Source: Spirochaetia bacterium (GTDB lineage Bacteria > Spirochaetota > Spirochaetia > CADAEX01). Taken from it: DNA of 15,413 bases. The DNA lies in assembly GCA_963662265.2 (NCBI GenBank), contig CAXXHA010000031.1:1-15413 (forward strand). The letters run 5' to 3'. Shown here in pieces: positions 1-10,157 of the stretch. The notes beneath the pieces were generated by a model. That model worked only from the letters and a program-made list of their open reading frames with translations, was not told where the DNA came from and made no database searches. Numbering within the stretch: position 1 is the first letter of the stretch; every line of letters starts with the position of its first letter. Made by a program: the position numbers and the translations under genes.

Positions 1-144
1 TTTTTTTCAACAATTGTCAGCAGTTTTTTCACTGCTGTGCCTGTAACAGAGAAACCATTCATTCCCTTTTTTACTGATCCATATATCGACAGAACCGGTC
101 CTCATATGTGTAATACTGTCTATAATAAAATCTTTAAATATCAT
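1..144 (-). CDS. Possible N-terminal fragment of a hypothetical protein running off the window edge
   Basis: ATG at 144 reads MIFKDFIIDSITHMRTGSVDIWISKKGNEWFLCYRHSSEK. A stop follows a homopolymer run near 25-30, in an indel-prone region. No family recognised with confidence. Confidence 0.3.
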
Positions 145-184
145 ATCTTTTATTATTCTAATACATGTATATATAATATGTTAT

Positions 185-309
185 AAGGAAATCTCAAAAA
201 CTATGTTTTTTTTATTTCACATCATTTTATTCTAATTTAAACTATAGCCTCTTGTGTGATAATAATTTGTTGTATACTAAAACATAGTTTTCTTCTTATA
301 GATTTCCTT
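185..309. repeat. Imperfect terminal inverted repeat element (MITE-like)
   Basis: AAGGAAATCT (185-194) is the reverse complement of AGATTTCCTT (300-309). AAAACTATGTTTT (197-209) is the exact reverse complement of AAAACATAGTTTT (279-291). Confidence 0.55.
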
Positions 310-311
310 GT

Positions 312-363
312 GGGCAAACATCTAGGGAAAAAAACTCGCAAAAGCGAGTTTTCAGAGGTGCCC
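312..363. repeat. Short palindromic REP/MITE-like element
   Basis: Core hairpin AAAACTCGC-AAAA-GCGAGTTTT (331-352), closed by GGGCA...TGCCC ends. The right arm reads GTTTTCAGAGGTGCCC and the left arm is degenerate. Confidence 0.55.
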
Positions 364-400
364 ATAAATAAAAAATAATTTTTTTTAAAAGAGGGATTTA

Positions 401-2152
401 TTGAAAAAGGCAATTAATCTTCTGGTTCTTCTGTTAGGCATATTATCGCTTTTTTTTTGAATACATTTCAAAGGGATCATTACTGGAAAACAGTTTTTAT
501 AAATACAATAGACTTTTCAATAGTAGCCCTTTCCCTGCTGGATGTGTTATCCGACCTGAAAAAAGCAAGCTACAGGAGTGTATACCTGAGACGCAACATG
601 ATATCACTTCTTTTCCTTGCAGTTTTACATTGCTTTTTTTTATTTTCTCAAAATATTTTCTATTTCTATGGAAAGGAAAAACATTTTCAAGGGTTATGCA
701 TCAATAATTGTTTTCAGAAACATTTTTATTTTTCTGAAAATATTCTCAAGGTTTCAGAAACTCAGCATTTTCCTTCAGAATATTATTACACATCCTTCAC
801 AGACAATTGTACTCAGCTTCCTCATGCTGATTGTTGCAGGCTCACTCCTTCTTTCAATGCCTTTTTCATCGGCAGACGGATCAAGGATACCTTTTCTGGA
901 CAGTTTTCTTCACATCAACCTCTGCTGTATGTGTTACAGGCCTTGCAGTAGTTGATACAGCTTCAGGATTCAGCATTTTGGGGAAAGATTATCATACTTT
1001 TCCTTATCCAGGGCAGGCGGACTCGGGATAATGATAATATCATTTTCAGCCCTTTTCATCATGAAACGGGGGATCTCGATTGAAAACAAACTGATGCTTT
1101 CATACATGGTAGATGAAGATGAAATATCCAATGTTGCTTCTGCTGTAAAAAGGATAACAGCAGCTACAGTTGTCATAGAATTATCAGGCCGCAGGTTTGC
1201 TGTTTCTGTTTTTTTTCAGGAAGCGCTCTGCCTGCAGTTGAAAGGCTTTTTTATTCCCTTTTTCCATTCTGTTTTCAGCTTTCTGCAACGCAGGTTTTTG
1301 CTCTTTATTCAGACAGCCTGGTATCATTCAGAAAACAATTCAGGAGTTATGCTCACTGTTTTCATTCCTGATTATTGCCGGCGGACTGGGATTTTTCAGT
1401 AATTAATGATATCTATGAAAAAGGGAAAAAACAGGGTTCTGAATCCCGGAAACAGGGCAAAACAGAAAATAAGCCTTAATACTGTTTGTTGTGCTACAGG
1501 TAACAGCATTACTTCTCCTTGCAGGGACACTGCTTTTCTACTATTCAGAGCATGGAAGAACAATGAAGGAGATGTCCTCTTGCAGATCAGTATGTCAATG
1601 CTTTTTTCCAGTCTGTAACTCTCAGAAACCGCAGGATTCAATTCAATTGATTTCAATGCAGTCCTCAGTTCCGCTTTTTCTTTTAATGACTGTGTTCATG
1701 TTTATAGGGGGAGCTACAGGAAGCACTGCCGGGGGAGTAAAAGTCAACAACATAGCTGTAATTCTTTCCTATTTTCAAATCTGTTTTTTTATAACAGGAA
1801 AGAGACAACACTTTATAATTACCAGCTGTCCCCCATCCGCAATAATAAAATCCTTTACAGTTTATTGTTTCAGGCATGTTTATAGTCCACAGCAGGATTT
1901 TTTTATACTGTCAGTTTACAGAGGACTTCCCCCTGCATAAGATACTTTTTTGAAAACTGTTTCAGCTTTCGGGACTGTAGGGCTTTTCAACCGGAATAAC
2001 ACCAATGCTTTCCGCTTACGGGAAAATAATAATTATAATACTCATGTTTCTGGGAAGACTGGGGCCTTTGGACTATTGTCACTTCCCTCGGAAGAAGCAG
2101 CGCAGTTAAAACAAATATAAGTTATCCCGAAGCGGAAATATCAATCGGGTAA
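401..2152 (+). CDS. ktrB: KtrB/TrkH-family K+ uptake membrane subunit, long N-terminal form; many frameshifts in this sequence (likely sequencing errors)
   Basis: TTG start at 401 after AGAGGGA (MKKAINLLVLLLGILS). Family motifs lie in shifting frames: TSAVCVTGLAVVDT, FCNAGF, TAGFN, FIGGATGSTAGGVKV, VSAFGTVGL, LMFLGRLGPL. The C-terminus YPEAEISIG ends with TAA at 2150-2152. Confidence 0.9.
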
Positions 2153-2154
2153 GG

Positions 2155-2394
2155 ATGATAAAACCTGTTTTTATCATAAGCGACAGAGACTTTCTGAAAG
2201 AAAGTTGCTCGTTAGCGTTTAAGGAGGAATGATAAGTTTTATCATAAGTAAGCGACTTCCTGTAAGGAAGTGCACGCAAGTAAAAGGACTTCCGTTTATG
2301 GAAGTGCTCGAAAGCGTTAAAGTAAAAATGATAAAAGCTTGTTTTTTGACATAAGCGATAGAGACTTCCTGGAAGAAAGTGCTCGTTAGCGTTT
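2155..2394. repeat. Composite tandem hairpin repeat array (BIME/REP-like)
   Basis: Three ATGATAA...TTATCAT-type palindromes start at 2155, 2229 and 2328 (the third is degenerate). Each is followed by ACTT(T/C)C-loop-G(A/G)AAGT hairpins, at 2189, 2255, 2288 and 2364. Units 1 and 3 share the tail GCTCGTTAGCGTTT. Confidence 0.8.
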
Positions 2395-2418
2395 ATAAAA
2401 AGTGTTTAAGGAGAATAT

Positions 2419-3119
2419 ATGGAAAAAGTATTTGCAGTAATCGGGACTCGGATCATTCGGGAGACAGCTCTGTACAACAATAACTGAAAAACGGGGGCAA
2501 GGTTTATTGCAGTTGACAATGATCCTGTCCCTTGTTGACCAGATGAACGAGATTGTCACAAAAAGCGGTAATTCTTGATTCAACAGATGAGAATGCCTTA
2601 TCAGCACTGCTGACTGATGAAGTAGATATTGCGATTGTTGCAATTGGGGATAATGTGGAGGCAAATATACTTACAACCGCGATCCTCAAACAGATATCTG
2701 TTCCCTATGTAATATCAAGAATCTGTTACAGACCTTCACCAGAAAGTACTGAGACAGATTGGGGGCTAACGAGGTTATAAACCTTGAGATCGGGGGCGGA
2801 ATGAGACTTGGAAAAAAGACTTATAGCTCCCCAGCTTCTTGAAAGGGTTTCCTTCTCCCCTGAACACAGCCTTTCCGAGATCATGCTGCCGTCTGTGTTT
2901 TTCGGGAAACAGGTTTCAGATCTTCAGATCAGTACAAAATTTTCCCTTAACCTGATTTATGTAAAGAGAATAAAGCTTGATATTGATGAAGTTGGAAACC
3001 CGGAAAAGGAAATAAGCATTATTATTCCTGAAGATTCAGTTTCGCTTCAGGAGAATGATATTCTTATTGTGGCAGGAAGGAACAGGGATATCGAGGATTT
3101 TATCAAGGCGTCAGAATAG
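2419..3119 (+). CDS. ktrA: KtrA/TrkA-family K+ uptake regulatory subunit (RCK_N + RCK_C); frameshifted in this sequence
   Basis: RBS AAGGAG, then ATG at 2419. MEKVFAVIG/LGSFGRQLC gives the GxGxxG motif across an indel. The middle fragment DSTDENAL...DIAIVAIGDNVEANIL and the C-terminal RCK_C fragment ...LQENDILIVAG end at TAG 3119. Confidence 0.9.
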
Positions 3120-3122
3120 TTT

Positions 3123-3930
3123 ATGATAGTTTCAAAAAAGAGTTCAATTTATTTTTTTATCATTGCAGTTTCACTCCTTTTTCTCGGATTCGGAATATAT
3201 ACATATGTGATGATTTTTTTCACTGGAATCTGCATCAGGAGAATATATAAAGGGCGGCTGCGGAAAAAAGTATTTTTTCTGGGGACTGACTCTCTTTATC
3301 CTGATATTGTTTTCAGGAGCAAGGATAATTATAAAAAGTTTCAGGTTTGAAAAATCCCTTGATAAACTCCTCTTAATGAGCAGGACTCACGGTGTTTCAA
3401 CCGCAGAGGGGCTGAAAAAACTGGGAAGGCTCGGTAATAAACTTTCTGAAATCTACCTGGAACTCAACAGCATAAGCGAAAGAAAATCGCTCAAAATAGC
3501 GTCACTCAACCGGCTGATAAACATAATTTTCACTTTTATTGAGAAAAAGGTCATTGTTCTTTCAGTAACAGGTGAGATGGTTTTTGTCTCTGACTCAATT
3601 GAAAAAAAGGAAGGGAACAGTGTTTTACTGAAAAGCAGAATGATAACAGATATTTTCCCCGATTTCAGTATTTCTGCAGAAATTGATTCACTTGTATCAA
3701 GCAGGACTATGAAGAAGATTGATTCTATGAATGCCTATATTTACCCTGTATTCAACCCTCTCAATGAACTGGATTACATGGTCCTTTTTCTGGATGAGCA
3801 TATTAACCTCAGCATAATCCCTGCATCAAAGGAAATAATCAATTCAATGAAAAAAAACAGGCTGAAATTTTTCAATATGAAAATACCGGGTAAAGGTTTG
3901 ATGAAAAAAAAGAAAAAAAGTGATGTTTAA
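3123..3930 (+). CDS. Hypothetical membrane protein (N-terminal TM segments, coiled linker, PAS-like C-terminal region); frameshifted near 3210-3310
   Basis: ORF 3123 starts 3 nt after the ktrA stop with a hydrophobic helix (IYFFIIAVSLLFLGFGIYTYV). ORF 3307-3930 continues in another frame and ends next to the corA RBS. The segment KKVIVLSVTGEMVFVS resembles a PAS beta-hairpin. Confidence 0.6.
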
Positions 3931-3941
3931 GGAGATTTATA

Positions 3942-5006
3942 ATGGCAAGATTTATCCGAAACCAGAGTGACAGTAACGGGCTTCCCCCCGGTTCTTTCGT
4001 ATTCATAGGAAAACAGAAAGTTGATTTTTCAAGAATATCAATTATGGAGTATAACGAAGAAACTATTGCAGAAAATATTCTTGAAAGCCCGGATGATTTT
4101 GGAAAGAGTACTGATGATAAGTTTATCAGGTGGATAAATATTGACGGAATACATGACACAGATCTGATAAAGAAAGCCGGTAAAATATTCACCCTCCATC
4201 CCCTTCTGACAGAAGATATTCTGAACACCGGGCAGCGGCCTAAAATCGAGGAAGATGACAATGAGATTTTTGTTATTATAAAGATGCTTGATTTTGATGA
4301 AAAAAGAAAAATCGTCAGCACAGAACAGGTTGCAATGGTAGTTAAAAAGAACCTTGTTATAACTTTCCAGGAACAGCCGGGAGATGTTTTTGATCCAGTC
4401 AGGGACAGAATAAGAAAAAGCAGGGGAAGGATAAGATCTTCAGGATCTGATTATCTTGCCTATGCTCTTCTTGATACAATAGCAGACAATTATCTTCATA
4501 TAATCGAAATAATCGGCGACAGGATTGAGGAACTTGAAAATACAATTCTGGAAAACCCCTCACCTGCTATTCTGAGAAAAATAAATGTTTATAAAAAAGA
4601 GATTAATTTCATAAGCAAAACAGTCAGACCTGTCAAGGAAGCAGTGATAAGACTTCTTAAATTTGAGAACAGTATTATTTCAGACGAGATAGAAATCTTT
4701 TTCAAGGATCTGCAGGACCTTATTTTCAAGGCAGTTGACGGTATTGATGTATACAGGGAAATGCTTTCAGATTATTACAATCTGTATAATTCAATACTGA
4801 ACAACAGAAGCAATGATATTTTCAGATTTCTTACTATCTTTTCTACGATATTCATCCCGCTGACATTTATAGCAGGAATATACGGGACAAATTTCAAATA
4901 CCTTCCCGAACTCGACTACAGGTACAGCTACTATATATTTCTTGCAGGAATGGTGGGAATTGCATCTGTCATGATCTATATTTTCAGGAAAAAGAAGTGG
5001 TTCTGA
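3942..5006 (+). CDS. corA: CorA-family Mg2+/Co2+ transporter (GTN signature variant)
   Basis: 354 aa with RBS AAGGAG. Motifs GLPPGS, WINIDGIHD, LHPLLTEDILNTGQRPK and LTIFSTIFIPLTFIAGIYGTNF-LPEL, two C-terminal TM helices and a KKKWF end. Confidence 0.95.
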   Translation: MARFIRNQSDSNGLPPGSFVFIGKQKVDFSRISIMEYNEETIAENILESPDDFGKSTDDKFIRWINIDGIHDTDLIKKAGKIFTLHPLLTEDILNTGQRPKIEEDDNEIFVIIKMLDFDEKRKIVSTEQVAMVVKKNLVITFQEQPGDVFDPVRDRIRKSRGRIRSSGSDYLAYALLDTIADNYLHIIEIIGDRIEELENTILENPSPAILRKINVYKKEINFISKTVRPVKEAVIRLLKFENSIISDEIEIFFKDLQDLIFKAVDGIDVYREMLSDYYNLYNSILNNRSNDIFRFLTIFSTIFIPLTFIAGIYGTNFKYLPELDYRYSYYIFLAGMVGIASVMIYIFRKKKWF

Positions 5007-5018
5007 TTCTGTAATTGC

Positions 5019-5043
5019 GAAGCAGTACAACCAATATTGTTTC
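5019..5043 (+). terminator. Hairpin downstream of corA, possible terminator
   Basis: GAAGCAGTA-CAACCAA-TATTGTTTC forms 9 bp with two G.U pairs, 12 nt after the corA stop. There is no strong U-tract. Confidence 0.35.
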
Positions 5044-5155
5044 AAATGCTTAACAAAACTTATTCGGGATAAAACTTTATTTACTTTCGTTCATAGTTCC
5101 AAATCTCCTGAAATTTCATGTAGGCGGATTTTCATATTTTACAGTTTTATTAATA

Positions 5156-5644
5156 TCAATCTGAATAATAATGCAGAAGAATATCTTCAGTCTGATTCAG
5201 CCGTCTTGAAAGTTCACGTGCAATGTTGAGAATAAGCATGCAGTACAGCTCCTTATCAGTTTCATACAGCTTATAAAGCGTGTTGCTGGACAGCACTATC
5301 AGTTCAGTATCTTCCACAGCAATTGCAGTTGCAGTATGTGGTTCAATGCCGATCAACTCGTTATCGCCGAAGGAATGCCCTTTCTCAAATTCTATCAACT
5401 GATGGGGAGATTCCCTGTAATATTTAACAAGCCTGACTTTTCCGGATTTTATTATATAAAGACAGGAAGGGGATGTGCCTTCTTCAAAGATAATCTCATT
5501 TTTCTGAAAAGAAACCTTTTTAAGACTTTTAAACAATGTATAAAGCTGCTTATCATTAAGCCCGCCGAATATAGGGATTTGATTTATTATTGGAAGTATA
5601 TACTCAATATTTACAAGATTTTCATATGTTTTATTTTCACCCAT
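5156..5644 (-). CDS. Stand-alone cyclic-nucleotide-binding domain protein (no HTH)
   Basis: 162 aa. IPIFGGL...IIFEEG...LYIIKSGKV...FGDNELIGIEPHTATAIAVEDTELIVL plus a C-helix (NIARELSRRL) gives the cNMP fold. It is too short to carry a Crp DNA-binding domain. Confidence 0.85.
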   Translation of the reverse strand: MGENKTYENLVNIEYILPIINQIPIFGGLNDKQLYTLFKSLKKVSFQKNEIIFEEGTSPSCLYIIKSGKVRLVKYYRESPHQLIEFEKGHSFGDNELIGIEPHTATAIAVEDTELIVLSSNTLYKLYETDKELYCMLILNIARELSRRLNQTEDILLHYYSD

Positions 5645-5676
5645 AAATTAAATTATAACACTATATTTCTTTTTTA

Positions 5677-5716
5677 TAAAAAAAGAAGCTGCTCCATGTC
5701 AGGGAACAGCTTCTCT
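5677..5716 (-). terminator. Rho-independent terminator of the Hsp20 operon
   Basis: The minus strand reads AGAAGCTGTTCC-CTGACAT-GGAGCAGCTTCT followed by a T-run, about 15 nt after the stop at 5731. Confidence 0.8.
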
Positions 5717-5730
5717 TAAGTCATAAGCGT

Positions 5731-6111
5731 TTAAGATACGTTTATGCTTATTTGTCTTGTTTTCTGCTTTTCTTTTTTGGGCAGAAGGAGTTTCAGGGTT
5801 CCGTTTTTATAATCAGCATTAATTTCATCGCTGTTAACTGAATCGCCAAGATCAAATGATCTTTTGAAACCGGAATACATCATTTCGTCTCTCAAACAGG
5901 TGTAGTTTTCTCCGGCCCTTTTGGTACATTCAGCAGTGAGAGTTAAGATATCTTTTTCAACTTTCAGAGAAATATCATCTTTTTCAACACCAGGTATATC
6001 AAAATACATTACATATTCATTGTCATTTTCATATATATCGCAATCAGGTGTCTTGTAGATATTTCCTTTTGTTGATTCAACATTGTTTTTATCTTTTTTG
6101 ATAATTTCCAT
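5731..6111 (-). CDS. Hsp20/alpha-crystallin family small heat-shock protein (third gene)
   Basis: Motifs TPDCDIYE, DIPGVEKDDISL, GFKRSF and ADYKNGTLKLLLPK, with a C-terminal I-x-I (ISI). The start is moved to ATG 6111, which has an AAGGGGG RBS just after the upstream stop. Confidence 0.92.
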   Translation of the reverse strand: MEIIKKDKNNVESTKGNIYKTPDCDIYENDNEYVMYFDIPGVEKDDISLKVEKDILTLTAECTKRAGENYTCLRDEMMYSGFKRSFDLGDSVNSDEINADYKNGTLKLLLPKKEKQKTRQISINVS

Positions 6112-6121
6112 GATATCCCCC

Positions 6122-6526
6122 TTATTTAATCTCAATTTTTTTCGGTTTCATTTCAGCTGATTTCGGAAGCTTGATAATTAAAAGTCCATCTGAAGCTTCC
6201 GCCTTGATATTATCCATATCAATTTTATTGTTCAGCATGATATTTCTTTCAAATTCTCCGGAAAACCTTTCATCAAGATGCTTTTTAAGATCTTCAGCTG
6301 GTTCTTTTTTTCTTCTTCCCCTGATTGAGAGTGAATTATCTTTCAGAGTTATTTCAATATCATCTTTTTCAATTCCCGGAACTTTTGAAACAAGAATATA
6401 TTCCTCATTGTTTTCATAGGTATTGGTTTCAGGCCAGTTGGATTTTCCTGTAACACCGGCATTTCTGAAAACCCGGTTCATTTCCCTGTTAAGTTCAAAA
6501 AGATCATCAAAAATAGTTTTATACAT
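6122..6526 (-). CDS. Hsp20/alpha-crystallin family small heat-shock protein (second gene)
   Basis: Motifs WPETNTYE, VPGIEKDDIEITL, ERFSGEFER and DGLLIIKLPK, with C-terminal IEI. RBS GGGAGG. Confidence 0.95.
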   Translation of the reverse strand: MYKTIFDDLFELNREMNRVFRNAGVTGKSNWPETNTYENNEEYILVSKVPGIEKDDIEITLKDNSLSIRGRRKKEPAEDLKKHLDERFSGEFERNIMLNNKIDMDNIKAEASDGLLIIKLPKSAEMKPKKIEIK

Positions 6527-6544
6527 GGTAAAAGCCTCCCTGAA

Positions 6545-6970
6545 TTAATTAATTTTAATCTGTCGTGGTTTGAAATCATCCTGTTTCGGGATTTCAACTC
6601 TCAGAACACCGTCTTTAAGTTCTGCAGATATTTTATTGGAATCTGCACCTGTTACCTGGAAATTTCTGGAGAAACTACCTTCACTTCTTTCATACTTTGA
6701 CTTTTTCATAAACCCTTTCCTGTTTTCCCTTGTACGTGACCAGGATATCTTAAGAAGATCATTGTTTACTGTAATATCAATTTCATTCTTCCTGATTCCC
6801 GGAACTTCAAGCTCAATCCGGTACCTGTCATCCAGTTCCTCATAATCACATCTGCCGTTCATGATTTTTGTAAAATCATCAGGAAAACCCCTGAAAAGGT
6901 TTTTGTGATAATCAAATACTGAAGGAACATCACTCCAGAAGTCTTTAAATAATGCCAGTTCTTTACCCAT
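6545..6970 (-). CDS. Hsp20/alpha-crystallin family small heat-shock protein (first gene)
   Basis: Motifs LEVPGIRKNEIDI, ERSEGSFSRNF and AELKDGVLRVEIPK, with C-terminal IKI. RBS GGAGG. Confidence 0.95.
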   Translation of the reverse strand: MGKELALFKDFWSDVPSVFDYHKNLFRGFPDDFTKIMNGRCDYEELDDRYRIELEVPGIRKNEIDITVNNDLLKISWSRTRENRKGFMKKSKYERSEGSFSRNFQVTGADSNKISAELKDGVLRVEIPKQDDFKPRQIKIN

Positions 6971-7006
6971 AACGTGCCTCCGTTATTTAATCTTTACTAA
7001 TACAGT

Positions 7007-7022
7007 TGCAAAAACTGTGCCA
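7007..7022 (-). promoter_or_regulatory. Sigma54 (RpoN) -24/-12 promoter of the Hsp20 operon
   Basis: The minus strand reads TGGCAC-AGTTT-TTGCA, a perfect TGGCAC-N5-TTGCA consensus (GG-N10-GC), 36 nt upstream of ATG 6970. Confidence 0.85.
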
Positions 7023-7051
7023 AAATCATCTTCAAGCATTAAATGCTTATA

Positions 7052-7146
7052 ATACAAGGATTTATTTGTTTTCAAAATTATTATCAGAAACCAGGAATTG
7101 TATCATATTTACCCTAGCAAGAGAAAAAGTGTGTCAATAATATACA
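7052..7146. promoter_or_regulatory. Putative IHF-like site and tandem enhancer (bEBP UAS) sites for the sigma54 promoter
   Basis: ATACAA-GGAT-TTA (7052-7064) resembles WATCAA-N4-TTR with 2 mismatches. TGTATCA-TAT-TTACCCT (7099-7115) and TGTGTCA-ATA-ATATACA (7130-7146) are related imperfect dyads 31 bp apart. Confidence 0.4.
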
Positions 7147-7188
7147 TTTTCATTTTTTTATTATGGATTTTTTGTGTAAAAATGATTC

Positions 7189-7222
7189 AAAAAAAAAGCA
7201 GCAATTTTTAACATTGCTGCTT
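7189..7222 (-). terminator. Rho-independent terminator after the zinc-ribbon gene
   Basis: The minus strand reads AAGCAGCAAT-GTTAAAA-ATTGCTGCTT followed by a long T-run, about 10 nt after the stop at 7232. Confidence 0.85.
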
Positions 7223-7231
7223 CTGAAATTT

Positions 7232-7447
7232 TCATGCATAGTTGCTGTTCTGATTATTGCCCCAATACTTTCTGTATTTGTTTTTCATAAATGTATATAC
7301 AGCGTTATAGAGTTCGGTTTTTTCAGGCCCGGAAAACTGATAGCCGCATTTATGACATTTATGAACATTCATAAACTCGATTTCTGAAAAACCTGCTTTA
7401 AACGATTTTCTGCAGCTGGGACATTTGATATTAATATGATCCTTCAT
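7232..7447 (-). CDS. Small zinc-ribbon protein (CxxC-x18-CxxC, MJ0042-like)
   Basis: 71 aa: INIKCPSCRKSF...KCHKCGYQF. It has a GGGAG RBS upstream and its own terminator downstream. Confidence 0.7.
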   Translation of the reverse strand: MKDHINIKCPSCRKSFKAGFSEIEFMNVHKCHKCGYQFSGPEKTELYNAVYTFMKNKYRKYWGNNQNSNYA

Positions 7448-7616
7448 GCCAATATGATCTCCCGAGAAAATAGAATAAATTTTGTTTTAAGATAAATTAA
7501 TAAATTAAAAATAAATCGTAAATAATTTTTTATGATTTTTGATAAAAAACTCCAGTACTGTACAGGAACTTTATTACAATAACGCACAATTTCCGGATTT
7601 TATCTGCAGTTAAATG

Positions 7617-7657
7617 ATAACCGGTAATAAAGCTCACCCTGCCTTATCACCGGTTAT
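7617..7657 (-). terminator. Long hairpin after katG (probable terminator)
   Basis: The minus strand reads ATAACCGGTGATAAGGC-AGGGTGA-GCTTTATTACCGGTTAT (17 bp including G.U pairs), 15 nt after the katG stop. The U-tract is weak. Confidence 0.65.
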
Positions 7658-7672
7658 ATTTTTCAGTTAATT

Positions 7673-9886
<2,214 letters not shown>

Positions 9887-10157
9887 TTACCTTGATAGTT
9901 ATCTTGATGAGGATTTTCTGATGTCTTGAGGTTAAAAACTGCAGGCTGCTTTTACTTTTTCAAATCAATAATCCAGAAATTACCTGAAATTATTTTAATT
10001 GCGTTTTTACTTCCTCTATAATTAAAAAGTTTATAGGTTTGAAACCGGAAATCAAGAGTTAAAGCAGAAAATTATTGAACAATAACGTTTATTAAAAAAC
10101 CTGATTTTTATTAAATCCTGAAACACGGATTATCCATCAGATTCTGGCAAGGCAAAT

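Noticed and set aside
457-1940. Separate small ORFs from the six-frame track (457-951, 617-955, 831-1031, 1031-1402, 1406-1618, 1491-1940)
   Set aside because: They are frame fragments of one ktrB gene, not independent genes.
2229-2354. 41-codon ORF (MISFIISKRLPVRK...) inside the repeat array
   Set aside because: The AAGGAGGA abuts the ATG with no spacer and the ORF is made of palindromic repeats, so it is likely incidental.
2155-2394. CRISPR array
   Set aside because: Repeats are degenerate and composite, spacing is irregular, the intervening segments are themselves repeats, and there are no cas genes.
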